Below are positions 60,330 to 64,000 of a stretch of DNA of 64,000 nucleotides, piece by piece. The position numbers and the translations under genes were made by a program. The notes beneath the pieces were generated by a model that was not told where the DNA came from, ran no database searches, and saw nothing but the letters and a program-made list of their open reading frames with translations. The stretch is from Macrostomum hystrix (Eukaryota; Animalia; Platyhelminthes), in contig CATNEN010000025.1 of NCBI GenBank assembly GCA_950097015.1, positions 4,030,001-4,094,000 of the forward strand. Direction: 5' to 3'. Numbering within the stretch: the first letter of the stretch is position 1; each line of letters opens with the position of its first letter.

Positions 60330-61050
60330 ACACACACACACACACGCATTGTAGATTAACAACAAACACACACACATTGTAGATTAACAACACACACACG
60401 CATTGTAGATTAACAACACACACACGCATTGTAGATTAACAACACACACACACACATTGTAGATTAACAACACACACACACACATTGTAGATTAACAACA
60501 AACACACAAGCATTGTAGATTAACAACAAACACACACGCATTGTAGATTAACAACAAACACACACGCATTGTAGATTAACAACAAACACACACACATTGT
60601 AGATTAACAACAAACACACAAGCATTGTAGATTAACAACAAACACACACACATTGTAGATTAACAACAAACACACAAGCATTGCAGATTAACAACAAACA
60701 CACACACATTGTAGATTAACAACAAACACACACGCATTGCAGATTAACAACAAACACACACACATTGTAGATTAACAACAAACACACAAGCATTGCAGAT
60801 TAACAACAAACACACACACATTGTAGATTAACAACAAACACACACACATTGTAGATTAACAACAAACACACACGCATTGTAGATTAACAACAAACACACA
60901 CGCATTGTAGATTAACAACAAACACACAAGCATTGCAGATTAACAACAAACACACACACATTGTAGATTAACAACAAACACACACACATTGTAGATTAGC
61001 AACAAACACACACGCATTGCAGATTAACAACAAACACACACGCATTGCAG
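60330..61050. repeat. 28-bp minisatellite (~25 copies)
   Basis: Unit aacaacaaacacacacgcattgtagatt. Confidence 0.95.
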
Positions 61051-61499
61051 ATTAACAACAAACACACAGCTTTTGGTTTACCACTAGCACTACAGCAGCG
61101 ATGTACGATTGGCGGCGAAACATTAAAAAACTATTTTAGCCAGTAAATTTCGTGGCTCCATCGAGTGGTGTGAAAATGCCAGACTAGTGTACTACCATAG
61201 CTATTTATAATGCTATAGGGTTGAGTGCTTCAGGCCTTCAATTGCGAAGGCTAAATCGATCGTATTGACTGTAGCGATTTTATCAATGACATGGAATGAA
61301 TTTTCCACTCTATCATCGTGGACTTTATTGCTGTTTGTCAATTTATTTATAGATTTCAGCCTCCCTATTGACACGTTTTTGTAACTGCAGCTCCTATTAT
61401 ACTAGTGCTGCATTTTTGAATAGCTTGTCAAAATGTTGCACAGATCAAGGCAAATTAGAAATGCTCGAGATAGATTAAGGATGTGAGAATGGATTTAGA

Positions 61500-62575
61500 A
61501 GATAGGAAAGAGATTAACAAGATAGGAGAGAGATTAGTTAAGCGGGTGGGAAAGAGATTAAAGAGGTGGGAAAAGATTAAGGAGGTGGGAAAGAGATAAT
61601 TGAGGTGGGAAAGAGATTAAGGAGGTGGGAAAGAGATAATTGAGGTGGGAAAGAGATTAAGGGGGTGGGAAAGAGATAATTGAGGTGGGAAAGAGATTAA
61701 GGGGGTGGGAAAGAGATTAAGGGGGTGGGAAAAAGATTAAAGAGGTGGGAAAGAGATTAATGAGGTGGGAAAGAGATTAATGAGGTGGGAAAGAAATTAA
61801 GGGGTGTGAAAGTGATTAAGGGGGCGGGAAAGAGATTTATGAGGTGGGAAAGAGATTACTGAGGTGGGAAAGAGATTAATGAGTTGGGAAAGAGATTAAT
61901 GAGGTGGGAAAGAAATTAAGGGGTGGGAAAGTGATTAAGGGGGCGGGAAAGAGATTTATGAGGTGGGAAAGAGATTACTGAGGTGGGAAAGAGATTAATG
62001 AGGTGGGAAAGAAATTAAGGGGTGGGAAAGTGATTAAGGGGGCGGGAAAGAGATTACTGAGGTGGGAAAGAGATTAATGAGGTGGGAAAGAGATTAATGA
62101 GGTGGGAAAGAGATTCATGAGTTGGGAAAGAGATTAAGGGGTGGGAAAGAGATTCATGAGGTGGAAAAGAGATTCATGAGTTGGGAAAGAGAATGAGGGG
62201 GTTGGAAAGAAATTAAGGGGTGGGAAAGGGATTAAGGGGGCGGGAAAGAGATTTATGAGGTGGGAAAGAGATTAATGAGGTGGGAAAGAAATTAAGGGGT
62301 GGGAAAGTGATTAAGGGGGCGGGAAAGAGATTTATGAGGTGGGAAAGAGATTACTGAGGTGGGAAAGAGATTAATGAGGTGGGAAAGAGATTAATGAGGT
62401 GGGAAAGAGATTCATGAGTTGGGAAAGAGATTAAGGGGTGGGAAAGAGATTCATGAGGTGGAAAAGAGATTCATGAGTTGGGAAAGAGAATGAGGGGGTT
62501 GGAAAGAAATTAAGGGGTGGGAAAGGGATTAAGGGGGTGGGAAAGAGATTAAGGGGGTGGGAAAGGGATTAAGAA
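61500..62575. repeat. 20-bp purine-rich minisatellite (~50 copies)
   Basis: Unit gaggtgggaaagagattaat. Confidence 0.95.
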
Positions 62576-62869
62576 GTTCGGAGACAGATTAAAAAAGTGG
62601 GATAAAAATGTCCCCCTTTTTCAGTGCAAGTGTGGCATGATAAAAAAGCGCGGTGAAATTCAAGAGAATAAGGTCGTGATGGTGTGATGCATTAATTTAT
62701 TCTCTAAATTGTGACCTTTAACGATAATTAGTACCTATCTAATAAAATGCTGTATCATTAGTTTAGTCATACTCCTAATATATTCTTAATAGGGGTAAAG
62801 ACGGTAAGATAAGGTCTCAAATACTTTGGCATTGTTGATAGTAATTGTTCATAAGAAATGGGGCAAACA

Positions 62870-63420
62870 CGAAATATCTCACAAAAAATCCATACACCAC
62901 ACATAAGATATCATCAGATACCACACACCGATTGCCCCACATTAAATATCCCAAACCAAATATCCCAAACCAAATATCGCACACAAAATATCCTACACCA
63001 GATATCCCACACCAAATATCCCACACAAAATATCCCACACCAAATATCCCACACCAAAAATCCCAGACCAAATATCCCACACCAGATATCCAACACCAAA
63101 TATCCCACACAAAATATCCCACACCAAATATCCCACACCAAAAATCCCAGACCAAATATCCCACAACAAATATCCCACACAAAATACAATACACAAAATA
63201 AACCACACAAAATATCCCACACTAGGTATCCCACACTAGGTATCCCACACTAAATATCCCACACCAGATATCCCACACTAAATATCCCACGATAAGTATC
63301 CCACACTAAATACCCCATACGAATTATCCCTCACAAAATATCCCACATCCAATATCCCACATTCAATATCCCACACTAAATATCCCACACTGAATATTCA
63401 CACCAAATACCCACCACCAA
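62870..63420. repeat. 14-bp minisatellite in the presumed 5' UTR intron of the 63482 gene
   Basis: Unit aaatatcccacacc; flanked by donor acg|gtaaga (62804) and acceptor cttag| (63459). Confidence 0.92.
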
Positions 63421-63481
63421 ATACCTCAGAATTCGGCTGTTCCACGCACACAGACTTAGTTGAAGCAAAGCACTGGTCACA

Positions 63482-63703
63482 ATGTCAGCCGCCGGCCTAT
63501 GCAATGCCATCCTGTGGCTGCTGATCCTGCTATTCCTGGCCTGGCCTCTGGGCTTCCTGATGGTGTGGCTGTACATGCTACTGCTGCCATTCTCCGGCTG
63601 CATCGAGGCGCTGAGAGCACTCACCGATCCGCTGCTGCACGTGGCCCAGCTGCCGCTGCGCTGCGCCGAGAACATGGTGCAGATGAAGCCTCTCTTCTCC
63701 TAG
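63482..63703 (+). CDS. 73-aa hydrophobic membrane microprotein, uncharacterised
   Basis: ATG-to-TAG single coding exon with GC3-rich codons; long hydrophobic segment ILWLLILLFLAWPLGFLMVWLYMLLLPF, then an amphipathic helix ending QLPLRCAENMVQMKPLFS; acceptor 22 nt upstream of the ATG. Confidence 0.8.
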   Translation: MSAAGLCNAILWLLILLFLAWPLGFLMVWLYMLLLPFSGCIEALRALTDPLLHVAQLPLRCAENMVQMKPLFS

Positions 63704-63799
63704 GAGAACTGGGCCAGAACTCTGAGGTTGAGTTACTCATTCGCTATCCAGATATCACGTGTTGCAGTTTTTGAGTTCGTTATCATTCAAGATCTCCCC

Positions 63800-64000
63800 T
63801 GTCTGTAACTGTCTGTAACTGTCACTCCCACTGTCTGTAATTCTGTCACTCCGACTGTCTGTAACTGCCACTCCTACTGTCTGTAACTGTCACTCCCACT
63901 GTCTGTAACTGTCACTCCTACGGTCTGTAACTGTCACTCCCAACCACTGTCTGTAACTGTCACTCCCACTGTCTGTAACTGCCACTCCTACTGTCTGTAA
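63800..64000. repeat. 22-bp minisatellite running off the window end
   Basis: Unit ctgtctgtaactgtcactccca. Confidence 0.9.

Noticed and set aside
60000-61120. Possible small minus-strand exons (e.g. MFRRQSYIAAVVLV, FPAITFYTVYRAEALQLVGPAW, IYLRPYLIYAANLAGNGLYLG)
   Set aside because: Several mutually incompatible chains are possible and no family is recognised; needs RNA-seq.
62795-62805. gtaaagacggt, similar to my recollection of the 5' part of a flatworm spliced leader
   Set aside because: Only 11 nt; the rest of the leader and an Sm site are absent, so this is not an SL RNA gene.

Overview
Eukaryotic (animal) genomic DNA, not prokaryotic. GC-rich poly-Ala/Gly exons, short (44-64 nt) introns and introns packed with private minisatellites suggest a free-living flatworm such as Macrostomum lignano; this is an inference from sequence style and was not tested. 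Phase-consistent gene models built by hand: (+) TCF/LEF-pangolin with beta-catenin-binding motif, HMG box and C-clamp (22524-28220); (+) 7-exon SVOP-family MFS transporter with one GC-AG intron (32459-45831); (+) 81-aa microprotein aligning without gaps to mitoregulin/MTLN (47837-48082); (+) divergent cullin-3-like N-terminal-only protein whose exon starts at a splice acceptor with no ATG of its own (48661-49632); (-) 6-exon orphan single-pass membrane protein of about 920 aa (56208-50648); (+) 73-aa membrane microprotein (63482-63703); and a weaker (-) micro-exon gene (4650-1909). About a third of the window is tandem repeat (more than 30 distinct arrays), and there are three copies of a tRNA-derived CORE-like SINE. 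All the long repetitive ORFs in the track are repeat artefacts. The most interesting region is 45.8-49.7 kb: a candidate trans-spliced operon holding an invertebrate mitoregulin homologue and a truncated cullin that may take its initiator AUG from the flatworm spliced leader. Homology calls come from my recollection of reference proteins; no searches were run.
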